This document shows, one piece after another, positions 20,255 through 32,665 of a stretch of 64,000 nucleotides of DNA. The notes below the pieces were generated by a model that was given only the letters and a program-made list of their open reading frames with translations, was not told the origin of the DNA and made no database searches. The first letter of the stretch is position 1. Every line of letters begins with the position of its first letter. The translations under genes and the position numbers were made by a program. Source of the stretch: Nitrospirota bacterium (lineage in GTDB: Bacteria > Nitrospirota > UBA9217); assembly GCA_963751455.1 (NCBI GenBank), contig CAVVUN010000002.1, positions 192,001 to 256,000 on the forward strand. The letters are read 5' to 3'.

Positions 20255-21731
20255 ATGCTCGAACGTTTGCAGAAAGCTAATATCAGCCGCCGGTGTGACG
20301 TCGCGTCGCGCGGCGGAAGAACTCATTGCCGAAGGCAGGGTGAGGGTAAACGGCAAAGTGGTGACCGAACTCGGCAGCAAGGCCGATGCGGCCCGGGACC
20401 ATATCAAGGTCGACGGCAAACTGATCAATCCTCACCAGCCTCCGACGTACATCATGTTGAACAAACCTGCCGGCTTTGTTACAACCATGTCCGACCCGGA
20501 AAAACGGCCGACCGTTCAGGATCTTCTCAAAGGCGTCAAGGCCCGGGTCTATCCGGTCGGGCGGCTCGACTACAATACCGAAGGCCTCTTGATCCTGACG
20601 AACGACGGCGATTTCGCCCACCTGATCACACATCCGAAGCACGAATTCCCGAAGACCTATCTCGCGAAGGTCAAGGGAGTGCTTGAGGAACGGCAGATCG
20701 AGATGCTCGAAAAGGGTGTGTTCCTCCAGGATGGAAAGACCGCGCCGGCGAAGGTCAGGAAGATCCGCAAGGAGGAAGCGAACTCCTGGGTGGAGATCAC
20801 GATCCACGAGGGACGGAAGCGGCAGGTGCGCCGTATGTTCGACCACGTGGGGCGTTCCGTGATCAAGCTCAAACGGACCAAGACCGGAAGCGTATCGCTC
20901 GGAGATCTTCCTGAAGGAAGATTCCGGCACCTGACTCTTGATGAGGTTAACGCACTGCGTGAAACAGCGATGAAGACCGACGAAAAGGGACAACAGGTCA
21001 GAGTGTATAAGCCTGCGGTCAAGGTACAGAGAACAGTCGAACACGCGGAACCAAGGGCGATGGACGCAGCACGCGAGAGGCCGGAATTCAGAGCTAGCCA
21101 AACCGAGCATAAGGGAACGAGAGCAGGCGCCGGTCCCCGGGCAATGGGCGGCAGGCAATCACAATACGGCGGACAGAGGACCGGTGAGAGCCGCGTGCGG
21201 CGCCCGGGCGTAAGAGTTATGCAGGATACCCGGGAAGGTTTGAGGAAGAACCAGCGTTCGCATGCAGGCGAGGCTGGACGACCAGGACCCGGCTACTCAA
21301 GGCCAAGTGAACGTAAGGATGTCTTTCCTGCCCGGACTGTCAGCCGCGCGAGGCCGGAGGCCGGAAGACCACGTCCGGAGGGAAACCGGGGCGCATGGCC
21401 TGCACGTACAACCAGGCCCGAAGAACGCGGTGTACGGTCGAGAAGCGCGAACTCTCAAGGTGAAAGGGGTTACGGCGCAGCGGCAAAGCCGCCGGCAAGA
21501 AGACCGGCGCCGGGAGCAGGCTCGTGGAAATCAGAAAGCAGAAGCAAGCCCGCGGCACGGTTCAGCAGCAGGGGGCCCCGGGAAGGGACGAGCTTCGAGG
21601 GCCGAAGGCCAAGTTCCGGGCCGCGTCCGAACAAAAGTACTTTTACCGGAGGCAAACGGCCTGCGCGGGGAGCGAGGCCGGATTCCCGGCGCCGCGGGCA
21701 GGGTGCGGGCAAAAGAGGACCACGGCGCTAG
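20255..21731 (+). CDS. rluB: 23S rRNA pseudouridine synthase RluB-like with a long R/G/P-rich tail; +1 frameshift near 20274
   Basis: MLERLQK then (frame change) ISAAGVTSRRAAEELI S4 domain; LNKPAG, PVGRLD, EGRKRQVRRM. Confidence 0.85.
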
Positions 21732-21752
21732 AAAACCATCAGTGAGGTAAGC

Positions 21753-22052
21753 GTGAGCGGCCGAAAGTCGGACAATCTCAGGGCACGGGTAATCATCCAC
21801 GGCATTGTCCAGGGCGTTTACTTTCGCGCCAGCACCAGGGAAAAGGCCGTGCAGCTCGGCGTGGGCGGCTGGGTCAAAAATCTTTCGGATGGAAGCGTCG
21901 AGGCCTTGTTCGAAGGCGAGAAAAAAAAGGTCGAGGAAATCGTCGCGTGGTGCTACAAGGGACCGCCGGGCGCAAAGGTAACGAACGTTGATCTTACCTG
22001 GGAAACCTACAAGGGAGAATTCAAGCATTTCGATGTTCGCTATGGTTGGTAG
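21753..22052 (+). CDS. acyP: Acylphosphatase
   Basis: GIVQGVYFR, GWVKNLSDGSVE, GPPGA. Confidence 0.92.
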   Translation: MSGRKSDNLRARVIIHGIVQGVYFRASTREKAVQLGVGGWVKNLSDGSVEALFEGEKKKVEEIVAWCYKGPPGAKVTNVDLTWETYKGEFKHFDVRYGW

Positions 22053-22770
22053 ATACTTTTCAGGGTGCCTTATCTCCGCACTGGTTTTTTCCTGCTCGCC
22101 CGCGGAGAAGGAAGCAGAGCACCCGAAGCCGGAACCTGCTGCTCCAATCGTTGTCGTGAAACCCAGACACGAGGTCCTGACCGAAGAACAGAAAACCGAA
22201 CTCCGCCTCCATCCGGACCTGGTTCCAAAGCTTGAAATGTCCGCGGGTTCGCAAGCCGAGCCCTTTTTCATCAGTGTAGTGATGCCGTCCGAGAACCTGA
22301 AGGGTGAAAAGGGATTCGAAAAAGAGAAACTGGCAGGTTTCAGCCTGCGCACGAAAAACGCCGAGGAGCTTATCACTTCGTACCGGGCGGGACTTCGTGT
22401 ACGGGGATACCTGATCTTCAGGAGCCACAAGAGCTATGGAACGCTGCCCGACATTGTCACCGTGGTGAAGGGCAACAATTCATACGACATCCTGAAGATC
22501 CAGGGTACAGAAGCATTAAACTACCATCTCGATACTCCCGATATAATCAAATGGCTCAAGGCTCAGCAGCAACTGGGCTCATTCGTTATTACCGGCGCAG
22601 GCCCCGACTGGCTGGAGGCCAAATTTGTCAAGCAGCCGGCAAACATGCGGGCCTTCGCGAGAAAAGCGTCCGCTTTTGCGCCTGATGTACTCGGGCATGG
22701 GCGAATGACCGCCGACAAACTCGCCGAAAAAATGAAACGGATGAACGGATTCTATCTGGAATGGGAGTAG
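22042..22770 (+). CDS. DUF4253-like lipoprotein
   Basis: Lipobox LVFSC, GAGPDWLE, FAPD, terminal aromatic motif YLEWE. Confidence 0.6.
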   Translation: MVGRYFSGCLISALVFSCSPAEKEAEHPKPEPAAPIVVVKPRHEVLTEEQKTELRLHPDLVPKLEMSAGSQAEPFFISVVMPSENLKGEKGFEKEKLAGFSLRTKNAEELITSYRAGLRVRGYLIFRSHKSYGTLPDIVTVVKGNNSYDILKIQGTEALNYHLDTPDIIKWLKAQQQLGSFVITGAGPDWLEAKFVKQPANMRAFARKASAFAPDVLGHGRMTADKLAEKMKRMNGFYLEWE

Positions 22771-22883
22771 CCCTGATGTGGACTTCTCTCACCTTTTCTC
22801 TGAGTACTCTGTGGTAAAATATTTTGAATTTGACTTTTTAAGAATCTATCAATGGCTGGTATCAAATTTTAAGAGGCAGGATT

Positions 22884-23582
22884 ATGCTCATTCTCGGCAT
22901 TGAGACCTCAACCAGGACCGGAAGCGTGGCGGTTCTTTCCGAAAAAGGCGTTGTTGCGCAATACAGCCTCAACATAGAAGTGACCCACTCCGAGAGGCTC
23001 ATGTCAACGGTTGACCGTGTGCTCAAGGACACGGGGCATGCAATCCGGGATTTCGACGGCTTTGCGGTTGCGATCGGCCCCGGCTCGTTCACGGGTCTCA
23101 GGATAGGCATTTCCACTGTTAAAGGCCTCGCGCTCGCCACAGAAAAACCGATAGCCGCCGTACCTACCCTTCAGGCACTCGCCTGGAACGTGCCCTATGC
23201 AAAGCACCGTGTCTGTCCTGTGCTGGATGCCCGCAAAAACGAAGTGTACGCAGCGCTTTACAAATGGGAAGGCCGAGCGCTTGTCCAAACCATGCCGGAA
23301 TGCACGATTTCCATAATCGATCTGGCCGCAACCCTGCCGGGAAGCCTGGTGTTTACCGGGGAGGCCTCGCTGCTCTACAGAACAGTCATCGAGGGGCAGT
23401 TCGGAGACCGCGCCTGTTTTGCGCCGGTTTCCGCCATTCTTCCATCAGCGGCCGCTGTCGCCGAGCTCGGCAGGGAAATGATCAAGAGCGGCAAGCATAC
23501 CGAAGCCGCCGCCGTGACCCCTTTGTATATACGACGGCCGGAGGCCGAGGTGGCGTGGGAAAAACGGAAAACATCACAATAG
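22884..23582 (+). CDS. tsaB: tRNA threonylcarbamoyladenosine biosynthesis protein TsaB
   Basis: ILGIETS, HSERL, GPGSFTGLRIG, DARKNEVY, PLYIR. Confidence 0.93.
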   Translation: MLILGIETSTRTGSVAVLSEKGVVAQYSLNIEVTHSERLMSTVDRVLKDTGHAIRDFDGFAVAIGPGSFTGLRIGISTVKGLALATEKPIAAVPTLQALAWNVPYAKHRVCPVLDARKNEVYAALYKWEGRALVQTMPECTISIIDLAATLPGSLVFTGEASLLYRTVIEGQFGDRACFAPVSAILPSAAAVAELGREMIKSGKHTEAAAVTPLYIRRPEAEVAWEKRKTSQ

Positions 23583-24043
23583 AGCGCATGAGGAAGGAAG
23601 ACGTCGACCAAGTGCTTGCTATCGAACATGCTTCGTTCAGCATGCCGTGGTCGAAAAATCTTTTTCTGTCGGAATTCCGCAGCGCAAGCGTCTCGAATCT
23701 TCTTGTAGCGCTCGTGCCTTCGCATACCAGGGTCGTCGCGGGATACATCGTGTACTGGGTGATTGAGGACGAAATGCATATTCTGAATCTTGCGGTGGCG
23801 CCGTCGCACCGCCGTCACGGTATTGCACGGCAGCTGGTTTACGGCGCGCTCAAGCGGGCGTACGCCAAGGGAGCCCGCCGGGCATTTCTCGAAGTGCGCA
23901 TGTCGAATACAGCGGCAAAAAAACTATACTCGAGTATGGGCTTTACCGGCACCTCAATCCGGCGTGATTATTACGACACTCCGGTCGAGGACGCCATTGT
24001 CATGATTCTCGAGTCAGGGGCCTATAAAACAGTTGTAAAATAA
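23555..24043 (+). CDS. rimI: Ribosomal protein S18 alanine N-acetyltransferase
   Basis: IEHASFSMPWS, HILNLAV, LEVRMSN, RRDYY...EDAIVM; follows tsaB. Confidence 0.9.
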   Translation: MGKTENITIERMRKEDVDQVLAIEHASFSMPWSKNLFLSEFRSASVSNLLVALVPSHTRVVAGYIVYWVIEDEMHILNLAVAPSHRRHGIARQLVYGALKRAYAKGARRAFLEVRMSNTAAKKLYSSMGFTGTSIRRDYYDTPVEDAIVMILESGAYKTVVK

Positions 24044-24181
24044 GAGAAAAAGACTTTTTGGCAAGTATTGCCTTTTTTATTGAAATGTGTTAAAGTTTTC
24101 TTAATAAAAATCCGATTGACGTTACGCCTTTTGACGTTGCGCCTTCTCATTGACTTTAATCCCTAAAGGAGGGGTCGATCT

Positions 24182-24418
24182 ATGAATGTGGAGGTAAAGG
24201 AAGAAGTACTTATGGAACGCCTCAGGGTTGAGAATCCTGAGTATCAGAGATGGGAACAGGAGCACCGGAAGCTGGAAAACACGCTGATGTCCTTTGAAGC
24301 ACACCGGTATCTCACCCCTGAGGAGGAACTGGAGCGGAAGAGAATTCAGAAACTGAAACTCGCGGCAAAAGACAGAATGATGGAAATTATCAGGCGGTCA
24401 AAAGTAGGACGGGCCTGA
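24182..24418 (+). CDS. DUF465/YdcH-like small coiled-coil protein
   Basis: H..LE...K.KLAAKD pattern, strong RBS. Confidence 0.7.
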   Translation: MNVEVKEEVLMERLRVENPEYQRWEQEHRKLENTLMSFEAHRYLTPEEELERKRIQKLKLAAKDRMMEIIRRSKVGRA

Positions 24419-24486
24419 AGGCGGCAAGGCAAGGTTAAAATATATACCTTGCCTTTTGTGTTTTTGTTGAGCAGAAGACCGAAATC

Positions 24487-24522
24487 CCTCTTTACCAAAA
24501 AGAGTAAAGGGGGCTTTTTTTA
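24487..24522 (+). terminator. Intrinsic terminator
   Basis: CCCTCTTTAC...GTAAAGGGGG followed by a T-run. Confidence 0.6.
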
Positions 24523-24708
24523 TTTACACTTAGCTGCAATAATTATCAACTAGTTACAACCCCCATACGGCCTAAATTCGCCCCATATATTTCTTTAAAT
24601 TTCAAATAGTTATATCCATACGTCCAAAGGTGTAGGTACTTTTATCCTTCATACATCTTTAACCATTATTTCCATTGCGGGTTTACCTTCCCCCTTCCTG
24701 CTCCGGCA

Positions 24709-25134
24709 TTACCTATCTAGACCGAAACTTTCCGGCGGTTCTGAGTTTTCTTCCTGCGTTTCCATACTGAGAAGGCCAAATACATTAGGTCCGGGTCGTG
24801 TGAAAATTTCTTTTCGTCTAACGTACCAACCTAGAGCGCCGCTTAATGATGTTCTTTCTTTTTTTGATGTACCTTTGCCAATACCGCTTAAAATTTCAGT
24901 AATGTGCATAGGTTTTCCAATTTCTTTAAGAAAATCATGAGTTTTCGCTATACTGCTTCCTGGCCTCAATGTGCTTTCAGCTAAAGCCCCTCTCATGTCA
25001 TCTCGTGGAACCATTTTCAATGAGTCTTGAAGTGCTTGTATATATGCCTTAGCTTCTCTAATTTTCGCTTCGTATTCCACAATCTCCTGCTCTTTCTTCT
25101 TAATCTTTTCTTCGAATTTTCCCCGAAGTGACAT
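24709..25134 (-). CDS. Coiled-coil + winged-helix (HARE-HTH-like) protein
   Basis: N-terminal coiled coil; GKPMHITEIL...FTRPGPNVFGL; GGAGG RBS. Confidence 0.55.
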   Translation of the reverse strand: MSLRGKFEEKIKKKEQEIVEYEAKIREAKAYIQALQDSLKMVPRDDMRGALAESTLRPGSSIAKTHDFLKEIGKPMHITEILSGIGKGTSKKERTSLSGALGWYVRRKEIFTRPGPNVFGLLSMETQEENSEPPESFGLDR

Positions 25135-25276
25135 GGCATAAACCTCCTAAGTAATTGCTGCAATGGGTGATAATAGCATATGTGGAAATATGGTGTCAAG
25201 GTAAAAAAAGAGTTGCAGAAGGGTATGGTTTGTGTTATGATCGCCCATTCTTCACCACTACAGGAGGATACTGATA

Positions 25277-26104
25277 ATGGACACACCCCTAGATTCAGTA
25301 TTAAATGCGTTAAATGATAGGAAGAAAACAACCGCTTTAGGTGGCGAGTATTGGATGGGAAGAGACATCCAGAGCATCTTAGGTTATGAAACATGGGAGA
25401 ACTTTAACAAGGTTATAAATAAAGCTCAAATGGCATGCGAAAGCACGGGCATTAGCGCTGCCGATCACTTTCGTGAAACCACGAAAGGGATAGTGGCTGG
25501 CAAGGGCGCATTGATGCAAAGAATAGATTTTTTTCTGACGCGGTATGCCTGTTACTTGATTGCAATGAATGGAGATTCAAATAAGCCACAGGTTGGCATG
25601 GCACAAACTTATTTCGCAGTTCAAACGCGGAGGCAAGAAAAACAAGATATGCTCACCGCGCAAGAAAGACGCCTCCAATTGCGGGATCGTGTGAAAAACG
25701 CTAATAAGAATTTAAACAAGGCCGCACAAGGGGTTGGTGTTAAAAGATATGCCCTATTTCACGACGCCGGATATAAAGGATTATATGAAATGGGTCTATC
25801 AAGTATAAAAAGCAAAAAGGGCATCCCTCCACATGAGGAGCTAATGGACCGTGCAGGCAGAGCAGAACTGGCGGCTAATGAGTTTCGGATAACGCAGACA
25901 GAAGGCAAGTTGATGCGAGGTGGTATACATGGCGAACAGCAAGCTATACGCACCCATCATGAAGTTGGGCGAGAAGTAAGATCTGTAATCAAAAAATTAA
26001 GCGGCATTATGCCCGAAGAATTACCTGCCGAGGAATCTATAAAAAATTTAATTAAAACCCGATCAAAAAAGAGGATACAGAACCAAGCCAAAATAGAGGA
26101 GTAA
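25277..26104 (+). CDS. dinD: DNA-damage-inducible DinD / Bro-N family protein
   Basis: EYWMGRDIQSILGYETWENF, LTRYACYLIAMNGD, AQTYFAVQTRRQE, ELAANEFRITQTE. Confidence 0.85.
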   Translation: MDTPLDSVLNALNDRKKTTALGGEYWMGRDIQSILGYETWENFNKVINKAQMACESTGISAADHFRETTKGIVAGKGALMQRIDFFLTRYACYLIAMNGDSNKPQVGMAQTYFAVQTRRQEKQDMLTAQERRLQLRDRVKNANKNLNKAAQGVGVKRYALFHDAGYKGLYEMGLSSIKSKKGIPPHEELMDRAGRAELAANEFRITQTEGKLMRGGIHGEQQAIRTHHEVGREVRSVIKKLSGIMPEELPAEESIKNLIKTRSKKRIQNQAKIEE

Positions 26105-26266
26105 TCATATCTTTATTAGACCATCTTGCTTTTGCCGTTTCTGCGCAATGCCCTTACAGTCTTTTATTCTTCTTTTCCGCATCATGAAAGCTTGTCCGCT
26201 CAGCGTGGCAAGAAAAAAGTTTTGAAAACGTTTTCAAAATGACCCATTACCCTTTTCTTCTTTTGG

Positions 26267-26413
26267 TTGACTCCTACGCTGAATTTATGTTAAAAATACT
26301 CACGGTCTCTATACGGCCCGATATTTTAAAACTCATTTGAACATATTCAAGGGGTTAATTAAAATTTTAAATTCTTTTATTGACTCCCTTCCCGTATCTA
26401 TGTTAAAAATATC
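26267..26413 (+). promoter_or_regulatory. Tandem duplicated promoter upstream of ilvD
   Basis: TTGACTcc-N..-TATGTTAAAAATA at 26267 and again at 26380 with identical spacing. Confidence 0.55.
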
Positions 26414-26513
26414 AAACGATTAGCTCTCAAAATTCCCGTTAACAGCTCTTTGCGAGTCATAAAAGCTCAATAATTTACAGTATGTATCCTTAATTTCCCG
26501 AGGAGTTATAAGT

Positions 26514-28166
26514 TTGAAAAGCGACAGGATAAAAAAAGGCCTGGAGCGGGCGCCGCACAGGTCTCTTTTGTTTGCGACCGGCATTACCCGCTCGGAGCTT
26601 AACAAGCCGATGATCGGCGTGGCGACCAGCTTTACCGATCTCATTCCCGGCCACATCGGCATGCGCGATCTCGAGCGGTTTATTGAAAAGGGCGTGCACG
26701 CAGGCGGAGGCTGGCCTTTCTTCTTCGGTCTCCCGGGGATCTGCGACGGCATTGCAATGGGCCATTCGGGGATGCATTATTCCCTGCCCTCCCGTGAGTT
26801 GATAGCTGATATGGTCGAGTCCGTTTCCATGGCGAATGCCTTTGATGGTCTTGTTCTGCTGACGAACTGCGATAAAATTACGCCCGGCATGCTGATGGGC
26901 GCTGCACGCGTCAATATACCGACCATTGTGGTTACGGCGGGACCCATGCTGTCCGGGCATCTGAACGGCCGGAGACTTTCACTCGTCAACGATACGTTCG
27001 AGGCGGTCGGGAAGTTCAGAAAAGGATTGATCGATGCCCGGGAACTCGAGCAGCTCGAAATGTGCGCCTGTCCCGGGCCCGGTTCCTGCCAGGGTATGTA
27101 TACGGCAAACACAATGGCGTGCGTAACCGAAGCAATCGGGATGAGTCTTCCTTATTGCGCTACTGCCCTCGCCGTCTCCTCGGAAAAGCGGCGGATCTCG
27201 TTCGAAAGCGGGAAGCGGGTTGTCGATCTGGTGAAAAACAATATTACTCCCAGGAAGATCATGACCGCGAAGGCGTTCGAGAACGCCATTCGCGTGGATA
27301 TGGCGCTGGGAGGCTCAACGAACACGGTGCTGCATATTCCGGCGATCGCCTATGAAGCGGAGGTTCGCCTTCCGCTCGACCTGTTTGACGAAATCAGCAG
27401 GAAGACGCCTCATCTTTCGGATATGCTTCCGGGCGGGAAACACTATCTCGAAGATCTCCATTATGCGGGCGGTATTCCGGGAATCCTGAAGAGATTAAAA
27501 GGGAAGCTGAACAACACCATGACCGTTTCGGGGAGCCGCATTCTTGAAATCGAAAAGGGAGCTGAAATTACCGACGAAGAAGTTATCCGCCCTCTCAATA
27601 AGGTCCACCATGTTGAAGGTGGAATCGCGGTTCTCAGAGGGAATATTGCGCCGGACGGATGCGTTGTCAAACAGACCGCGGTGAGTGCAAAGATGATGAA
27701 GTTCGAAGGAAGGGCAATCGTCTTCGATTCCGAAGAAGAGGCAATGAAGGCGATTCTCGGCGGCGTAATCAAGCCCGGACATGTGGTTGTCATCCGGTAC
27801 GAAGGTCCCAAGGGAGGGCCGGGTATGCGGGAGATGCTCTCTCCTACGTCGGCCATTTCCGGAATGGGACTCGGCGATTCCGTCGTCCTGCTGACCGACG
27901 GCAGGTTCTCCGGCGGCACCCGCGGCCCCTGCATCGGACACATTTCTCCGGAAGCGGCCGAGGGCGGACCCATAGCGGCTGTCCGGAACGGGGACCGGAT
28001 AGTTCTCGACATCCCGAACCGTAAACTGGAGATCAGGCTGTCGAAGGCAGAGCTAAAAAAGCGGCTCGCAGCGTGGAAGCCCAGGCAGCCCAAGATCAAG
28101 AACGGCTGGCTCGCTCGGTATGCAAGGATGGTTACGTCAGCAAATACAGGAGCGGTACTAAAGTAA
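26514..28166 (+). CDS. ilvD: Dihydroxy-acid dehydratase
   Basis: [41 protein letters not shown]. Confidence 0.96.
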   Translation: MKSDRIKKGLERAPHRSLLFATGITRSELNKPMIGVATSFTDLIPGHIGMRDLERFIEKGVHAGGGWPFFFGLPGICDGIAMGHSGMHYSLPSRELIADMVESVSMANAFDGLVLLTNCDKITPGMLMGAARVNIPTIVVTAGPMLSGHLNGRRLSLVNDTFEAVGKFRKGLIDARELEQLEMCACPGPGSCQGMYTANTMACVTEAIGMSLPYCATALAVSSEKRRISFESGKRVVDLVKNNITPRKIMTAKAFENAIRVDMALGGSTNTVLHIPAIAYEAEVRLPLDLFDEISRKTPHLSDMLPGGKHYLEDLHYAGGIPGILKRLKGKLNNTMTVSGSRILEIEKGAEITDEEVIRPLNKVHHVEGGIAVLRGNIAPDGCVVKQTAVSAKMMKFEGRAIVFDSEEEAMKAILGGVIKPGHVVVIRYEGPKGGPGMREMLSPTSAISGMGLGDSVVLLTDGRFSGGTRGPCIGHISPEAAEGGPIAAVRNGDRIVLDIPNRKLEIRLSKAELKKRLAAWKPRQPKIKNGWLARYARMVTSANTGAVLK

Positions 28167-28252
28167 AAATCCCAAATCCGAAGTCCTAATTTCCGAGCAA
28201 TATAGAATGAACAAAATCCAATTCAGGATTTCGAAATTCGAATTTAGGATTT
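28167..28252. repeat. Heptamer-based inverted repeat cluster
   Basis: AAATCCC/AAATCCG ... GGATTTC/GAATTTA units facing each other. Confidence 0.5.
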
Positions 28253-28272
28253 GCATTAACAGTGGGTGAATT

Positions 28273-30012
28273 ATGTCGAACAAGCAGATTACCGGTGCGG
28301 ATATTTTTCTTGAAAGCCTGAAGAAGGAGAAGGTAGACACCCTCTTTTGTTATCCGGGCGGCGTTGTGCTCAAGATCTTCGATGTCCTGTACGACCAGAA
28401 GGACATACGGATAATCCTGCCGCGGCACGAGCAGGGCGGCGTGCACATGGCCGACGGGTACGCCCGCTCGACCGGGAAGGTCGGGGTTGCGCTCGTCACG
28501 TCAGGCCCCGGCGCCACGAATGTCGTGACGGCGCTTGCTACGGCATACATGGACTCGATCCCGATCGTCGTATTTACCGGCCAGGTGCCGACTGCGCTTA
28601 TCGGCAACGATGCGTTCCAGGAAGCGGATATCGTGGGTATCACCCGTCCGTGCACGAAGTATAATTTTCTTGTCAAGGACGTCAATGATCTCGCCCGCAC
28701 AATCAAAGAGGCTTTCTATATCGCTTCAACGGGAAGGCCGGGACCGGTGCTCATCGACCTGCCCCGCGACGTGGTTACCAGCAAGGCCGAGTTCCATTAT
28801 CCCGACAAGGTGGAAATCAGGAGCTATAACCCGACGGTGACGGGCAATAAATGGCAGATCAAACAGGCGGTCGACGCGATTGCGAAAGCCAAGAAACCGG
28901 TTGCCTATATCGGCGGAGGTGTTATTCTCTCAAACGCGGCAGCGGAGATCCATGAATTCGCCGAGATCACGAAGATCCCGGTGACGCATACGCTGATGGG
29001 CATCGGCGGTTTCCCCGGCACACATCAGCTTTCGCTCGGCATGCTCGGCATGCATGGCACCTACTACGCCAACATGGCGATTCACAATTCCGATCTTATT
29101 GTCGCAATCGGCGCACGGTTCGACGACCGGGTCACCGGAAAGGTTGAAGGGTTCGCCCCCGAGGCGAAGATCATCCACATCGACGTCGATCCCACCTCTA
29201 TCAGGAAGAACGTGCGGGTGGACATCCCTATCGTCGGAGATGTGAAGAATGTGATGACGGATCTTAACAAGGAACTCCGCCACAGCAAGGAACCCTGGGA
29301 TGCTATCCGGAAGAGCTGGCTGAAGCAGATTGAAACCTGGCGTGAAGAGCGGCCGCTCTCCTATGAATATGCAGATGATGTCATTAAGCCCCAGTTCGTC
29401 GTGGAGAAGCTTTACGAGGTGACGAACGGAGACGCTATCATCGTTACCGACGTAGGCCAGCACCAGATGTGGGCCGCCCAATATTACAAGTTCGACAAAC
29501 CGCGGAACTGGTGCACCTCCGGAGGCCTTGGCACCATGGGCTATGGCTTCCCGGCCGCGATCGGCGCCAAAGTGGCCCATCCCGACCGGAACGTATTCAG
29601 CATCTCGGGAGACGGCAGCATCCAGATGAACATCCAGGAGCTCGCGACGACAATAGAAAATAATATTCCGGTCAAGGTCGTCATCCTGAACAACCGCTAC
29701 CTCGGAATGGTGCGGCAGTGGCAGGAACTATTCTACCAGGAGAGGTATTCCTCGGTTGATCTTGGAAGCACGCCGGATTTCGTAAAGCTTGCCGAGGCCT
29801 ACGGCGCAGTCGGTTTGCGGGCGACCAGGCCCTCGGAAGTAGTGTCAGTGCTCAAAGAAGGACTCAAAGCGAAACGGACCGTGTTCATGGATTTCGTAAC
29901 GGCACGGTATGAGAAGGTTTTCCCGATGGTCCCCGCCGGCGCATCGATCAACGAGATGATCTTCGGGGACGAAAGGAAAAAACAGGAAAAGAAGCTGAAA
30001 GCGGTGAAGTGA
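28273..30012 (+). CDS. ilvB: Acetolactate synthase large subunit
   Basis: [34 protein letters not shown]. Confidence 0.96.
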   Translation: MSNKQITGADIFLESLKKEKVDTLFCYPGGVVLKIFDVLYDQKDIRIILPRHEQGGVHMADGYARSTGKVGVALVTSGPGATNVVTALATAYMDSIPIVVFTGQVPTALIGNDAFQEADIVGITRPCTKYNFLVKDVNDLARTIKEAFYIASTGRPGPVLIDLPRDVVTSKAEFHYPDKVEIRSYNPTVTGNKWQIKQAVDAIAKAKKPVAYIGGGVILSNAAAEIHEFAEITKIPVTHTLMGIGGFPGTHQLSLGMLGMHGTYYANMAIHNSDLIVAIGARFDDRVTGKVEGFAPEAKIIHIDVDPTSIRKNVRVDIPIVGDVKNVMTDLNKELRHSKEPWDAIRKSWLKQIETWREERPLSYEYADDVIKPQFVVEKLYEVTNGDAIIVTDVGQHQMWAAQYYKFDKPRNWCTSGGLGTMGYGFPAAIGAKVAHPDRNVFSISGDGSIQMNIQELATTIENNIPVKVVILNNRYLGMVRQWQELFYQERYSSVDLGSTPDFVKLAEAYGAVGLRATRPSEVVSVLKEGLKAKRTVFMDFVTARYEKVFPMVPAGASINEMIFGDERKKQEKKLKAVK

Positions 30013-30220
30013 AATGGAGTGAGCCGACACCCTGCACTCGCGGCTTGGCACTCGTAACCGCTGGGTGCAAGACCGTGTCGGCGTAACAACGAAACGGCAA
30101 CACCCTGCACACCCTATTCTCGCGCAAACGCACTCGAAGACATTGGGTGCCAGACTCGCGATGCCATTCGTAAGCGGCCGGGCGCAGGCACGGTTGCCTT
30201 GGTCCAAAGGTGAATAATCC

Positions 30221-30694
30221 ATGAAACATATTATCTCAGTGCTGGTAGAAAACAAATTCGGCGTGCTTTCACGTGTCTCCGGACTCTTCAGCGGGAGGGG
30301 ATTCAACATCGAGACGATCTCGATCGGACCAACTCTCGATCCGTCCATATCGCAGATGACGATCGTAACCTCCGGCGACGAGCGTATCCTTGAACAGATC
30401 ATCAAGCAGCTTAACAAGCTGATCGATGTGATCAAGGTGACGGATCTGGCTGAAAAGGAGTTCGTCGAACGTGAGATGTGCCTTATCAAGGTTAATGCCC
30501 CGGCAGAGCACAGGGCCGAGGCGCTCAGGATCGCGGACATCTTCCGGGCCCGGGTCGTGGACTCGACGATCAAAACCTATACCTTCCAGCTTACAGGGGA
30601 CGAAAAGAAACTGGCTGCTTTCATCGAGCTGCTCCGGCCGATCGGGATCAAGGAAATCGTACGGACCGGCAAAGTGGCCATTACCAGGGAATAA
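30221..30694 (+). CDS. ilvN: Acetolactate synthase small subunit
   Basis: [25 protein letters not shown] domain. Confidence 0.95.
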   Translation: MKHIISVLVENKFGVLSRVSGLFSGRGFNIETISIGPTLDPSISQMTIVTSGDERILEQIIKQLNKLIDVIKVTDLAEKEFVEREMCLIKVNAPAEHRAEALRIADIFRARVVDSTIKTYTFQLTGDEKKLAAFIELLRPIGIKEIVRTGKVAITRE

Positions 30695-30776
30695 TTTCAA
30701 TAAACTGATGCGGGTCTACGATGGGAATGAAGAGTTCGTTCCGCGTCCTGGATCACGAATCGAATAAAGGTGAAAC

Positions 30777-31427
30777 ATGATTAGAAACGGATTTAAAAAA
30801 ATAGCTCTCGTGATAGCGCTGGGATTTGCAGTATCCGGATGCGCCCACCGGGGACCGATTCTGGTTGATTTCTCGTATAAGCGGTCGAACGCGCTGCATG
30901 AGGTGGCAAAGGCGACCGTAGGAGTCAGCCCTTTTAAAGATGAGCGTGGCAAGGTCTCATCGGTCGTTGGAACAAGGTTCCTCGATATTAATAATGCGAC
31001 AAACGAGCTCGTTGTCCAGGGTACGGTAGCGGAAAAGGTAACATCTGCCCTGAAGACGGCGCTCTCCGACCAGGACATCCCCGAAAAAGATTTTGCATCA
31101 TGGGACCTCACGGAGCAGGGCATTCCGGCGGACAAGGCGGACGTCCTGATCAGCGGAGAGATCAAATCGTTCTGGATCGAGTCGACCTCGACCCTCGCAA
31201 ATACGGTTGCCAAGGCGACTGTGGAACTCAGGGTTTCGATTGCCGATATTAAACAGAAGAAAATTATTCGCGTTTTGAACGTGAGCAGCAAGATCGAGCG
31301 GCAGAATGTAACGTACACGAATCCGTTCATAGCGGGTGTTCTTTCCGAAGCCCTCACGGGGGCGATAGACCAGGTATTTGGCGATCAGGAATTAAAGAGC
31401 AGGTTGCAGCAGCCCGGCAGTCAATAA
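30777..31427 (+). CDS. Lipoprotein of unknown function (YajG-like)
   Basis: Lipobox VSGC, F.DER motif. Confidence 0.55.
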   Translation: MIRNGFKKIALVIALGFAVSGCAHRGPILVDFSYKRSNALHEVAKATVGVSPFKDERGKVSSVVGTRFLDINNATNELVVQGTVAEKVTSALKTALSDQDIPEKDFASWDLTEQGIPADKADVLISGEIKSFWIESTSTLANTVAKATVELRVSIADIKQKKIIRVLNVSSKIERQNVTYTNPFIAGVLSEALTGAIDQVFGDQELKSRLQQPGSQ

Positions 31428-31499
31428 GCCAGGACCGCGGAATGCCGCATAAAACGGGCGCCCTATGGCTCGCGAGGAGGCGCTTCCCGGCACCGCTGA

Positions 31500-32546
<1,047 letters not shown>

Positions 32547-32665
32547 AGACAAACACGAAATTCGAAATCCAAAACGTTTAGGTTTGGTTTCCTGTTTTGC
32601 AGATTTATTTTTCGGTTTGTTTAGTAACTAAGGATTCAAAATCTTCTCAAAACGGGAAGAATATT

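Noticed and set aside
26420-26513. Attenuator leader peptide or T-box for ilv/leu
   Set aside because: No Ile/Leu/Val-rich short ORF or T-box motif recognised upstream of ilvD or leuA
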